Shown here in pieces: positions 1 through 11,003 of a DNA stretch of 64,000 bases. The stretch comes from Styela clava (Eukaryota). The stretch spans positions 17,608,001 to 17,672,000 of the forward strand of contig NC_135252.1 in the NCBI RefSeq assembly GCF_964204865.1. The letters run 5' to 3'. The position numbers and the translations under genes were made by a program. Position 1 is the stretch's first letter, and every line of letters begins with the position of its first letter. The notes beneath the pieces are model-generated. The model was not told the DNA's origin. It did no database searches and was given only the letters and a program-made list of their open reading frames with translations.

Positions 1-1377
1 TTACTGCATTGAATACAATTTACGGAAGGATGCGACTGTTGAATCGAGGCGGAAATTATTATGCGTTGTCGTCTAATACTTAGAAATAATAACGAAAATG
101 AAAGTTCAATATGGCGTTTCTAAAGTTCTTAGCAAACTGTTTTATAACGATTGAATGCACAATTTTTTTTTGTTGTATATATTTATATGCAAAAAATACA
201 ACTGACTTGTTATTGTTAAAGCCTTTCGGCATTTCATATTCATTGGAATCCATGTTTTCAAATAATCCACTAGTCTTCTTCTTTTTATTGACGAACATAA
301 AATTTCGAATGTTGGCAGTAAAAAGGATCGCCATTCATGTTAAGGGGTGTAAATTGAAAACTTTGACATCGTTCCACTTCGTCTTAAAATGAACAATTAA
401 ATTCCGAGGCGAACTTGGCTAACCCAGACAGTCCCCGAACTCGTAATAGAACTAAAATTAGGAAAATCGTAATAAAATTATGGCCTAATCCTAACCTGGT
501 ACACACACTACGGGTGCCCGTCCCTACCCAAAACATGAAACGTTTTGATTAAAGAAAAATTGCAAACGATTAACGCCGATACCGGTTACCATGTTACTTC
601 CTAAAATAAAACTCGGTGTATAATTATTATCTTAAGCTGTTATTTGCTCGATTTCTCACTTTTACCTTTATTCATTCATGTGCAACTCAATCCAAAAAAC
701 GGTTGGTATTATTTAGGTTTATTCATTATATAATCAACATATATATATATATATAATAAATGTATATAATACAAAATTGGTCATTGATTGCATGATTATA
801 AAACAGTTTTCTTGGGAATCTAGAAACGCCATATTGAATTTCCATTTTCAATTATTTCTCTGAATATAAACTAAACGGCAACCCATATTAATTTCCGCCT
901 TGATTCAAAAGTCGCATCCTTCCGTGAATTGTATTCAATTGTAGTAAGTGTAGTAAGAAATCAACTAAAATTTTATCGATACTATAATTAATATTTCATT
1001 GATCAAACAATTGATTTTTGTTTTTAATTTTTTGACTTGCGTTTTTGAAATATACAAGAATTGCAACAATTACACAAATCGTGAATATTCTTTAAAGTCA
1101 GCGTAAAGTAAGATCAATTCCTAACGAAATGAAAACATTAGGCCAAAACAATTTAAGCTGCTAATCAGCCTCTACATTACGAATCAAATTCATTAGAATA
1201 TTGCGAAACTGATACAGCTGGATTCGAGTCTTAATAATTAGTAAAGTAATTATTATTTATTCATCCGGATATCATCTGTAATTTATTCCAAAAAATTCAC
1301 CTTATGGAACAACATAAGCTTTTTATTGCGTGTTATATTTCAATAAAACATCTGTTTACAGACGGAAAGGTAAAGTG

Positions 1378-1414
1378 TATAAAATGCGCTTGCTTCAAAC
1401 TTTCTATACAGTCG
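1378..1414 (+). promoter_or_regulatory. TATA box and initiator-like site of precursor gene A1 (conserved upstream of all intact A and B copies)
   Basis: TATAAAA at 1378-1384 and an acagtc Inr-like motif about 30 nt downstream, ~60 nt before the ATG. The block is nearly identical near 19047(+), 39344(+), 17239(-) and 37529(-). Confidence 0.55.
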
Positions 1415-1467
1415 AATTTTGTTTCAAATTCAGTCAACTTCCAACAGAGAAGAACAAGGAAGAAAAA

Positions 1468-4437
1468 ATGTCTGGAAAAATTGCAGTACTCGTTCTGGCC
1501 ATGATAATCTGCAGTTTTGGATTGACCAGGTTAGTTTTACCTCATCGCCGCGTTCTGTTTTCATTCAATCTGATACATTTCAATTTTTATATGAACTAAA
1601 CAATACAGGTTTATTCTAGCAATGTACTTTAAATTAGTTTTTGTTGAGAAACTTTTTTCTGGCCACATGAAAAAGTTGAAGATTTTATTTAGGAATAAAA
1701 TGCTAAGATAAACGAGAGTATTTATCCACTATCGAAATTATTTTTAAATTTCGTTAATTCCACTGTTTATTATTGATTCATGTTTGATCTTAATTCAAAT
1801 ACAACTTTGCGTATAAAAAAAGATGCATGTCTTTCTCAATGATTCCAAACGAGCTCAATTATAAATGTTCTAACAATTTCCGGATTGATAAGTTACAGAA
1901 AGCTATAATAAAGTCTACATTTCTTTTCACAGGGCAAAGTCTCTTGAATCTCGTAAGTTCATTTATCTTCTTTATTACGTGAGCATTTCTCAAACATTTG
2001 CCAACACATTTGGTAACTAATTCTGGAATTTGGTCGGTATGACATTTGAACCTGTATTTTCACTAAAACTTTTATTCGAATCGAAAAATTTTAAATGCAG
2101 ACGAACAATTCCAGAATGATATATGATATCTTTCTAAAATCCCAAATGCCGAAAAAAACTCAACAAACCTGTAAATCACATTATTGTATCTCAATCTCCA
2201 TCCGATTTAGTTGTTAGTAAATGCATCACAAATTTCCACTTTCCATTTTATATAATTCAGATTTTATCAACAACAACATACAACAAATAAATAAAATTGT
2301 TTTGAATTTGAAGCTATATCGGGTTTGATATTCTTTGTAATCATTGCAGGTGACCAATCTGAAAAATCCTCGAAAACCTTGGACAACAAAGATCAGAAAA
2401 AAATTTTCTGGTGGATTCCTATCGTGAAAGAAATTGTTCATGCAATAGAGAGAGGCAACGGAAATATTTTATTTTATATGATAAAAACCAAATTTAAAAT
2501 CAATTTCATTCATTTACGATATTTTGTTTGTTTGGGGGACGAGTTGGAAAACACACTAAATTTTTATATTTTATCCCATATGGTTCAGAATATTTCAAAA
2601 ATATCTGAAATTACGAGATTAACGTATTTCATTGAAGATATATAAAATTTAAAATTCTTCGTAATTATTGCAGGTGACCAATCTGAAGAAGTCTCAAAAA
2701 ACTTTGATAACAATGATCAGGAAAAAATTTTCTGGTGGGTTCCTATCGTGAAAGAAATTGTTCAAGCAGTAAAGAGAGGTAAGGAAAACATTTGTTTTAT
2801 TGATGAAAAACCAAATTTTAACTAAAATTGTTTGTTTAAATCAGGGATAAGTTCAGAACACTAAATTTTTATATTTTGTTCCATTTGGTTCCAAATTTTC
2901 AAAAGTTTGAAAAACGAGATGAAAATATTCAATTGAAGCTATATCAAATTATCTGTAATTATTGCAGGTGACCAATCTGAAGATGCTTCGAAAACATTTG
3001 ACAACAAAGATCAGGAAAAATTTGTGTGGTGGATTCCTTTAGTGGAAGAAATTGTTCAAGCAGTAAAGAGAGGTAAGGAAAACATTTGTTTTATTGACAA
3101 AAAAACCAAATTTTAACTAAAATTGTTTGTTTAAATCAGGGATAAGTTCAAAACACTAAATTTTTATATTTTGTTCCATTTGGTTCCAAATTTTCAAAAG
3201 TTTGAAAAAACGAGATGAAAATATTCAATTGAAGCTATATCAAATTATCTGTAATTATTGCAGGTGACCAATCTGAAGATGCTTCAAAAACATTTGACAA
3301 CAAAGATCAGGAAAAAATTTTCTGGTGGGTTCCTATCGTGAAAGAAATTGTTCAAGCAGTAAAGAGAGGTAAGGAAAACATTTGTTTTATTGATAAAAAA
3401 AACAAATTTTAACTAAAATTGTTTGTTTAAATCAGGGATAAGTTCAAAACACTAAATTTTTATATTCTGTTCCATTTGGTTCCAAATTTTCAAAAGTTTG
3501 AAAAAACGAGATGAAAATATTCAATTGAAGCTATATCAAATTATCTGTAATTATTGCAGGTGACCAATCTGAAGATGGTTCAAAAACATTTGACAACAAA
3601 GATCAGGAAAAAATTTTCTGGTGGGTTCCTATCGTGAAAGAAATTGTTCAAGCAGTAAAGAGAGGTAAGGAAAACATTTGTTTTATTGATAAAAAAAACA
3701 AATTTTAACTAAAATTGTTTGTTTAAATCAGGGATAAGTTCAAAACACCAAATTTTTATATTTTGTTCCATTTGGTTCCAAATTTTCAAAAGTTTGAAAA
3801 ACCGAGATGAAAATATTCAATTGAAGCTATATCAAATTATCTTTGATTATTGCAGGTGACCAATCTGAAGATGCTTCGAAAACATTTGACAACAAAGATC
3901 AGGAAAAATTTGTGTGGTGGATTCCTTTAGTAGAAGAAATTGTTCAAGCAGTAAAGAGAGGTAAAGAAAATATTTTCCCAAATGAAAGCAGAAGTTGAAA
4001 CAAAACAATATCATATTATTCATAAATTACATGAGTAACCTATCTGAACATTTTTTGATTCAATGTGAAGCACATGAATGACAAATGACTTTTGAAGTTG
4101 ATAAAATACTAAAATTAAATTGTTCATTTGAAAAGTTTGAAATTTCAAGTATATTTGTCTGGATGTAATTGTTACTGATTATACTTATCCTAAACTACAA
4201 ATACGGTATCCGAATTACTCAGTCTAAAGTAACTTGATTTTTGATACCGTGAAATTCAATTATAACAGTTGAAACTTAATCATAGTAAAGACAAACAAAG
4301 CGGTTGTTTCATTCTGTATTTGTCTCGTCTTTATTTCCTTACTAAATATTTAACATTTTTTGTACAATCGTCAATATAGATGATATTAAACGCAGATGTA
4401 TCATTTGATTTCATTAGTTTTCTCTTTTGCAGGTTAA
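1468..4437 (+). CDS. Secreted multi-peptide precursor A1 (clavanin-like host-defence polyprotein, 6 peptide modules, 238 aa if all exons are used)
   Basis: Exons: 1468-1529 (MSGKIAVLVLAMIICSFGLT, signal peptide), 1933-1952 (RAKSLES), 105-nt modules 2350-2454, 2674-2778, 2968-3072, 3264-3368, 3560-3664 and 3856-3960, and last coding exon 4433-4437 (Gly+TAA). All join in frame with ttgcag acceptors and gtaa(a/g)g donors, except module 1, which has a GC donor. Modules read DQSE...DQ(E/K)K-[IFWWVPIVKEIVQAVKR / FVWWIPLVEEIVQAVKR / IFWWIPIVKEIVHAIER]-G. Confidence 0.85.
2674..3960 (+). repeat. Coding tandem repeat, ~295-bp exon+intron unit (A1)
   Basis: Exon starts at 2674, 2968, 3264, 3560 and 3856 (period 294-296). 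Introns are near-identical apart from an A-run. Confidence 0.95.
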
Positions 4438-4545
4438 GTCTTATCCAGCAAATTTGAAAATACAGATGACGATTCGATGATGACCCGTGTCTACTTCCGA
4501 TTTTGATTTACATTTTCTCGTGTGAAATTTAACCTAATTATTCAG

Positions 4546-4551
4546 AATAAA
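4546..4551 (+). terminator. Candidate polyadenylation signal of A1
   Basis: AATAAA ~110 nt after the stop, conserved in the A and B paralogues. A second AATAAA lies near 4597. Confidence 0.45.
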
Positions 4552-5449
4552 TTACATCAAAGCATGGACGTTTGTAAAATTTTGGAACATACATGCAATA
4601 AACCGCTTACTATACGAACAAATCTATGAACGGTTTGTACAGGCTGAAGCAAATCGTATAACTTTATGATGCAACTGTATATGTTGCAACACTATATCAG
4701 TGATCGTTCTGCCAGTCATTAACGTATCTGGGTTTGCTTATTGTGCATTCGCAGCATCTGCTGCCTCAAAAATTTTCGCATCAATTATTGGTTGAATTTT
4801 GAAATCAAGGTGCAGGGAACATTAAGATAGTTTTGTAACGACGTAACTTACATTATTGACTTGCTTAGTTACCAATATTATCTATTCGCCTAGCAAGCGA
4901 CTCTATAGACGAGCGACTGATCAAATATTAGGAATCTACCATCTGTATTTAAAAAAAAAACGAGTATTTTTTCCTTGGAATATCCTGCATCATTCACTAA
5001 ACCTCGTGGAGCTGACATAGAAATAATAAATCGTTTTTGTTGCAATACTGGAAGTATATTTGCCAACAATGCATTTCGTACCGTTGCTCCGCCACGCAAA
5101 CACACTGAAACTATTTCTTTTCGTTTGCTATATACATTTGGATCGGTATTAGCTTACTACTCGTAGAAAACGATGTTTCAATTCCAGTCGTATTAAAAAT
5201 AGACAATTATGGACAATCGAATCCTGCTATGCACCAAGAAACATGAAATATCAACGATAATATCGGTCGGAAACCGAAGACTTATCGAAAAAAAGGAACT
5301 ATCTCCTAATATCTACTTATCTATCTGTTAATATTGTTCTGTTCATATCATAATAACTCATCATAAGCTGAATATGACGACTTCGTCATATTTTGTGCGA
5401 AATAAATATGATTTTACAGTCAATTGCAAAACTATCTCCATCGTGGCAG

Positions 5450-5530
5450 GCCGGAAGCTTTTACAAATTTGAACCAGGACGCCTCCAATAACTGATTGCG
5501 ATATTGTATAGATCTTGAAGATCTTTTATT
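5450..5530 (+). pseudogene. Orphan relic of a lipocalin last exon
   Basis: cag|GRKLLQI*TRTPPITDCDI resembles exon 6 of L3-L5 (GRNLFQILTRTPTI). It has an in-frame TGA and no upstream exons. Copies lie at ~24066 and ~44528. Confidence 0.6.
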
Positions 5531-5582
5531 TCAAACAATGATGAAATCAATTTCAAGAAAATTTTTTTTTGTGTGATTATGC

Positions 5583-6514
5583 ATCCTGTTTCAGACGCAC
5601 AATCGAGCCCAATCTTGAATACATTTTTATTAATGTCATACGACCCCCAAAATTTACCCAATATACAATAATTATATACCATTGGAAAGGTATTTTAGAG
5701 TACTATACGCTAGATGTCACTGGAGGACCGTAAACTAAAACACTTCTTTCAAGAGGTCTCTCATAACGTCAAAAAATAACAAAAATATTTACACTCTCTC
5801 ATTCTATCAGCTGTTGGACGTTTATAGCTATTGTAAAGCTGAAATGTAACTATACAGTTGACTGCACATTGGTTTTCTCTTTCATATGATACTAAACGCT
5901 TTTCCATAGCGCGCGTTGTTCAAGCGTTTTGGAAATTTTCCGTTTGAGAAGTCACCACATCGAATCAGGCCAGGCTAAGCTTGATAGATCGATCGGTTGT
6001 TTGTTTGTGCTTTATCGCGTTGAAAGCTTTTGTGAGTCATAATAAAACATTTATTATGAATCATAAAAGCTTATAATCGTCAGACAAGGAGAATTAGCGA
6101 GATAAAACGCCTAACTTTTTTTCGGTGAGGCAGCTGCGATCAAACGACTCGATATTTTTATAACTTCCTGACGTTGTGAGATGTCCACTCTCCTATGTTA
6201 TGTAGCATATAAAATGACCTTCAAAATAAGACCTTATCATACTAGCTTTTGTTATTGGTTAGCGCGCAACGCCAAGGTTTATGGAATCATTTTCTTGTTG
6301 TGCGACGTTTTTATATCGCAGCGGGAAGTACACGCGTGATATGTAAGCGAAATTTTATCACTTCTAAATGTCATATAAGGTTCATTCTCATATCGTTGTG
6401 TGGGGAATAAGATTTTCTTTCAAGCAAGACCATAACAAACATTCCAGACCTCATGGTATACACACAGCATTGCAAAACGTCTGAAACGTCGCGCATGCGT
6501 CAAACCGGGAGGAT
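5583..6514. mobile_element. ~930-bp non-autonomous DNA element, present only in unit 1
   Basis: Absent at the homologous sites (~24200, ~44660). Ends are imperfect inverted repeats (atcctgtttcagacgca ... tgcgtcaaaccgggaggat). Confidence 0.6.
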
Positions 6515-6692
6515 TAGGTTTTAAGAAGAAACGGTTTGAATGTTCCCACCTGATATGTCAAGAATCAAATTTTTGATAAATCACAAGAAATTTTATACTT
6601 GTATAATCGGTGTTTTTGTTTTATAAAGATTTAAGACCACTTCTGAATAATTACAAACAAGACGACATTTCACAAAAATGCTAATACTATTG

Positions 6693-8434
6693 TTAACCCA
6701 ACAAATAGTCTGACGGAACCAGATCTCCACATCCGAAGGTAGTTAACGTCGCTGCGTCGATTCCTTGTTCAGTTGCAAACGACGTCAACTTGGAAATCTC
6801 CTCGCCAGATAACGAAGGAGTCCGGGTGAAACATTGCAAAATTTTCTGACCTGCAAACACAGTAAGATAACTATTGTAAACGGCATTCCTTCATAATTTC
6901 CGTTCTCTAAATTACAGACGGAAATATTAATACCAGCGGTTTGTGGGTTAGGGCAAAGTCAAACTAATTATCCTGACAGAGTACGCCCGTCCGGAAACCA
7001 ATCGAAGAAATTCTATCTGCAGTGATTGACTAAAACTGTTCACAAAAATTTTTGCAAATGAGAAAGGGAATGTAATCGCTTGGACGAAAAAAAGTATTCG
7101 GTCTATAAGAATAATAACTTAATAAGTATAAGATAATTGTAAGATATTTCTTTCTTGTGGGCCCCGGCGGCGCGTATTTTCGAGGTATTTAATAGCGTAA
7201 AGTCTAATTGGGCAGCTTCAGCTAAAATATTATCATATCATTCGCTAAATTTTCACGTTGATTCTGTTCATTTGGAGTTTCGAGTTTTATACATTGTATA
7301 GGCGGATATTGGATGTTATTGTGCAGTGGCTAAACTTCTTTCCGGACAAGAAGCTACTGATATGCGATCGTACACATATTTATTGTAGTGAATAAATTTT
7401 ATTTCAATGTTTACGATTTTCTTACCATCGCTTGCAGACGACAGCACACAGAGATAGGTCTCGTAGTTTGTATAGAAGCGATGTCGATGAGAATGATACC
7501 ATTGTTTATCTGCGAACAAATAAAAGATCGAATATGTTAAAGAAAATTAGACGTCTTCTAATAACAACGTTATGAAAACCAGAACCTTGGACTTGAGAGG
7601 ATTCAATATTGATGCCTGATCTTCTTTGTGATTGACCATCTAAAAATAATTTTTCAAAAAAGTATTGATGAAATTTATGGTATTGTGGATTGAAAAATTC
7701 ATAATCTTTCTTGTTAATGGGGGCGCAATGGTTTGCAACACTTCGAAATAAAACGATAATTGAATGGGATATTTTGTTCTTGTGTGATGACATCATAACC
7801 ATCTCATTAAAATTGCGGCGAGACTCACCCGTTTGTGAATATATCCAATAATAACCCAAAGAGTCCCGCCTCACATCATCGATGATTGAAACATGAGCAT
7901 CTAATTTGTTCCTTTTAGAAATACGAACTGTTAGCATTCAGTTACTTTTTACACTCTATTGAAGCACAATTTTTAGATAAATAAATCCTTCGCAAATAAG
8001 CTTACTTGGGATATTTGTATAAGTAAACATTCATATCGTTCTCTGTTGTATTGAAAGGTACCATGAGGTGACATCCCCACAAAACATTCCAGTCCCAGGT
8101 ATTTACACCAAGTGTGAGATACCATACTCCGCATAACTAAAAGTAAGAGATTTTAGTACAAATAGCTTTGAGTGTCAGAATTTCAAGCCATAGTGCGTTT
8201 AATTGTGTTGTTTTAATTGCCGAGGTAACATTCGAAATTAAGTCTGGGTTATTCTTACTTGTTATTGATGTTACAAAAACAAACAGAACTTGATTACAAT
8301 TGTAGTTAATACGACAACATAAAATAACAGCTTACACGTTTCAAGTCGATTTCTTTTCCTGAATATATTTTTCGACTCCGCGCGATTGTTAAAAGCACAA
8401 GAATCACGAAAACAGAACCAAATCTACACTTCAT
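6693..8434 (-). CDS. Lipocalin L1, copy 1 (202 aa, secreted)
   Basis: Exons 8434-8336, 8136-8006, 7911-7829, 7639-7586, 7509-7426 and 6850-6693, with intron phases 0,2,1,1,1. It has a signal peptide, IDLKR-LCGVWY (GxW motif), FYTNY (TDY motif), CFTRTP (R motif) and a C-terminal Cys. The exon-4 donor (gttctg) is weak. Confidence 0.8.
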
Positions 8435-8588
8435 CGTTTTAACAGCATCAAATCTTGAGTGAGGGATAGGCTTAAGGAACAATAAGCTATATTGTGTATA
8501 TAATGTCTGCAATAGAAATATCAATAGAGGCTAAGTGCATAATTCGTGTCGCAATGCTGTTTCCTGTTTCCTGTGCATACTCTGGATT

Positions 8589-8928
8589 GGCTCGGTGGTG
8601 TGGCGCATCGTGCTAAGCGTGGAAATCGCTTGTCTCAGCATCTGAAAACTCTGCGTGGGTTCACAGGTTCGAATACCGGGAGAAATAATTTTGTGCGGGA
8701 GGATTGCCAGATTCCTGGCCGCCTCCGTTGGATGGTTCACGCAAACGCTGGTAGATTACAGTCCTCCGCCATCAAGCCCATCCATGCACAGAAAACAAAA
8801 TAATTGGCTTACCGATCCCATTCCCGCGACATGTACTGGTAACCGGAGGATAGACTGTGATTGGCCATATGAATAAGTGGTATTATTGTCTTCCCTCGTC
8901 CTCTAAATAAATATGTAAATCCTATTCA
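8589..8928 (+). mobile_element. tRNA-derived SINE
   Basis: A-box-like tggcgcatcgtg and B-box ggttcgaatacc (8666-8677). Related copies at 10490-10839(-), 26272-26611(+) and 28294-28631(-). Absent at the homologous site near 46710. Confidence 0.7.
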
Positions 8929-10489
8929 ATGGATGAATACTCCTGCTGGTATCTTAGGTCTTCCTGCAGTATGACAGCAGGAGCATGGCATTTATTCTTG
9001 ATAATTCATTAAATTTTAGCTACTCTACACAGCATACACTTGCAATGCTGCCTGCCTCGAGAAATGGATAATGCTCTTGGATAATGAATTTCAGTATAAC
9101 TCGCATTGACTACCATCACTACGGCTTACAAGACTAAATTTGAATATTTCTCTACTAATTTTATGTTGAAAGGTTTGTAAACGCTTTATTAAAAACCCGA
9201 TCCGGATCTCTTGTGACGTGTTGATAAGTTTTTCCCTGCTTCAATATAGCTTCGAAGGTCATTCATGAATTCGGATCAGAACATAGAATCTTCAATAAAC
9301 ATGTAATTTATGTTTTAAATCACCCATTGACATCTGCGTCATCTTTACTAAACTTTGCTCTAGTTAATTGATGTGAATACCCACATGTCATGTCGGTCTC
9401 ACAATATATATTCATGTAGATCATGTTTAAAGTTTGGTGTCAAAAGAATATTTTGGACAAATACGGTATTGATTTTCGGACAAGAAACGACGTTCTGATA
9501 ATAGCTATCCAGTGATCCGTTTTGACCAATACTAAACGGTGTATTAGGTAATGATGGGCAGTGGTAATTAATGGTTATTAGGCATGACGTCACATGGTAT
9601 CGTTTCGAATGCTTCAAAATAATTTTCTGTTCGGCGCATCTGGGTTATTCGGGCTTATTCCTGAGGCATATATATTTCAAGTATTATACCTACGTAACGT
9701 ACCTTCGAATCTCAAGAGTGACGGGGCACTGAACGAGCAAATTGCTGAACCCCTCGTCTTTGCAAGGTGGTTCACATAAGGGCTTGCCGTTTTTCGGCTT
9801 CCTCCACAGCCACAGCTTGAGAGTGCATGCACAACACGCTAGTTATTGAGCTAGGTATTACTTTTAATATTTTAAATACAAAAGAATATAAAATGTGTAA
9901 AGCATTTGTTTAAAAACATATCTTGTTACGCAAGCTCTATATTGTTGCAATATAATATACTTTATAACTAGTCTTCTAGGGAAATCTAATTTCAGGATCA
10001 ATTATACTGAAAAATAAGAATGCAAAGGAACTTAACTTGCGCCACGCGATCTACTGGTTAAACAATGTTTTTGTCGCAATACCTGCAAACAGCCATCCTG
10101 CAGTGAGTTTTACCTCTCCTTGTATCAAGTTTTTGCGATATAGAGGCCATAACCAACTGAACACCTTAATACATTTTATTTATTTCTAAATTTCGCATGA
10201 AATCTGATATTTCGTCTAAAATTTCGCTGTATTATTTTATCCATGGGAACACTGGCTGTCCGGTTTGATCTGTAAATTATTTCTACGCGAAACTCGGAAT
10301 TTTTTGTGGGTACCGGTGGCGTCAAAGGTAAATACTGCTTCGCTCTGGTTAACGTGTCCATATATTTGAGCACAGCTCTTTTGTCTTATTAAAAGTGAAA
10401 ATCTCGCTACACGGGAATCTAGCAGGTCACAACTCCAACACGTGATGGGGTGGTTCGACACGAGCATTGCGCTTCAGGTTAAGCATGCG

Positions 10490-10839
10490 TGAATAGGATT
10501 TACAATTTGCATAATTATCTCGGGGGAAAGAAAAGACGATAAGACGACTTAATAATACGGCGAATCTATCGTCCGGTTACCAGTCCATGTCGCCGGTATG
10601 GGATCAGTGGGCCAGTTTTTTTGTTTTGTTTTCTGTGCATGGTTGGGCTTGGTGGTCGAGTAAAGCCGTAATTTTCTAGCGATTGCGTGAACCATCCTAC
10701 AACGACGGCCAAGAGTCTAGCAATCCTCTCGCACATAATTATCTTCCCCGGGATTCGAACCAACGGAATCATTGAGGGTAATCAGGTAATGTGTCAAGCG
10801 TATTTTCACGCTTAGCACAATGCGCCACACCGCCCAGCC
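10490..10839 (-). mobile_element. tRNA-derived SINE, inverted diverged copy
   Basis: Reverse-complement similarity to 8589-8928 along its length, including the B-box (ggttcgaatccc). Confidence 0.7.
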
Positions 10840-11003
10840 AATCTACATGCGCAGCAAAAAGAGTAAACAGCATTGAGACATGAATTATACAGTTCCCCTC
10901 TAATGATTTTCGACTTTACTATCGATTCCCGACAGCATATACACAATATAGCTTATTGTTCCTTAAGCCTATTCCTCACTCAAGATTTGAGGATGGTAAA
11001 ACG

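Noticed and set aside
1304-1619. ORF-track proteins MEQHKLF..., MLYFNKT... and MFQIQST... recurring in several places
   Set aside because: They recur only because the promoter and exon 1 region is duplicated. Frames shift between copies, and only the MSGKIA... segment is consistently conserved.
3358-3368. KR as a classical neuropeptide G-KR processing site
   Set aside because: The order is KR-G rather than G-KR, and several modules have ER-G or QR-G. Convertase cleavage is not fully excluded.
2674-3960. Regularly spaced repeats as a CRISPR array or non-coding satellite
   Set aside because: Whole ~295-bp units repeat with no unique spacers and no cas genes. Each unit has splice sites and an open 105-nt exon.
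7506-7937. 143-aa ORF (and 25188-25619) as a single-exon gene
   Set aside because: It is lipocalin exons 3-4 read through introns. The frame is not preserved in copy 3.
8589-8680. tRNA gene
   Set aside because: A and B boxes are present but no convincing cloverleaf forms, and the sequence continues into a ~250-bp repeated body, so it is a SINE head.
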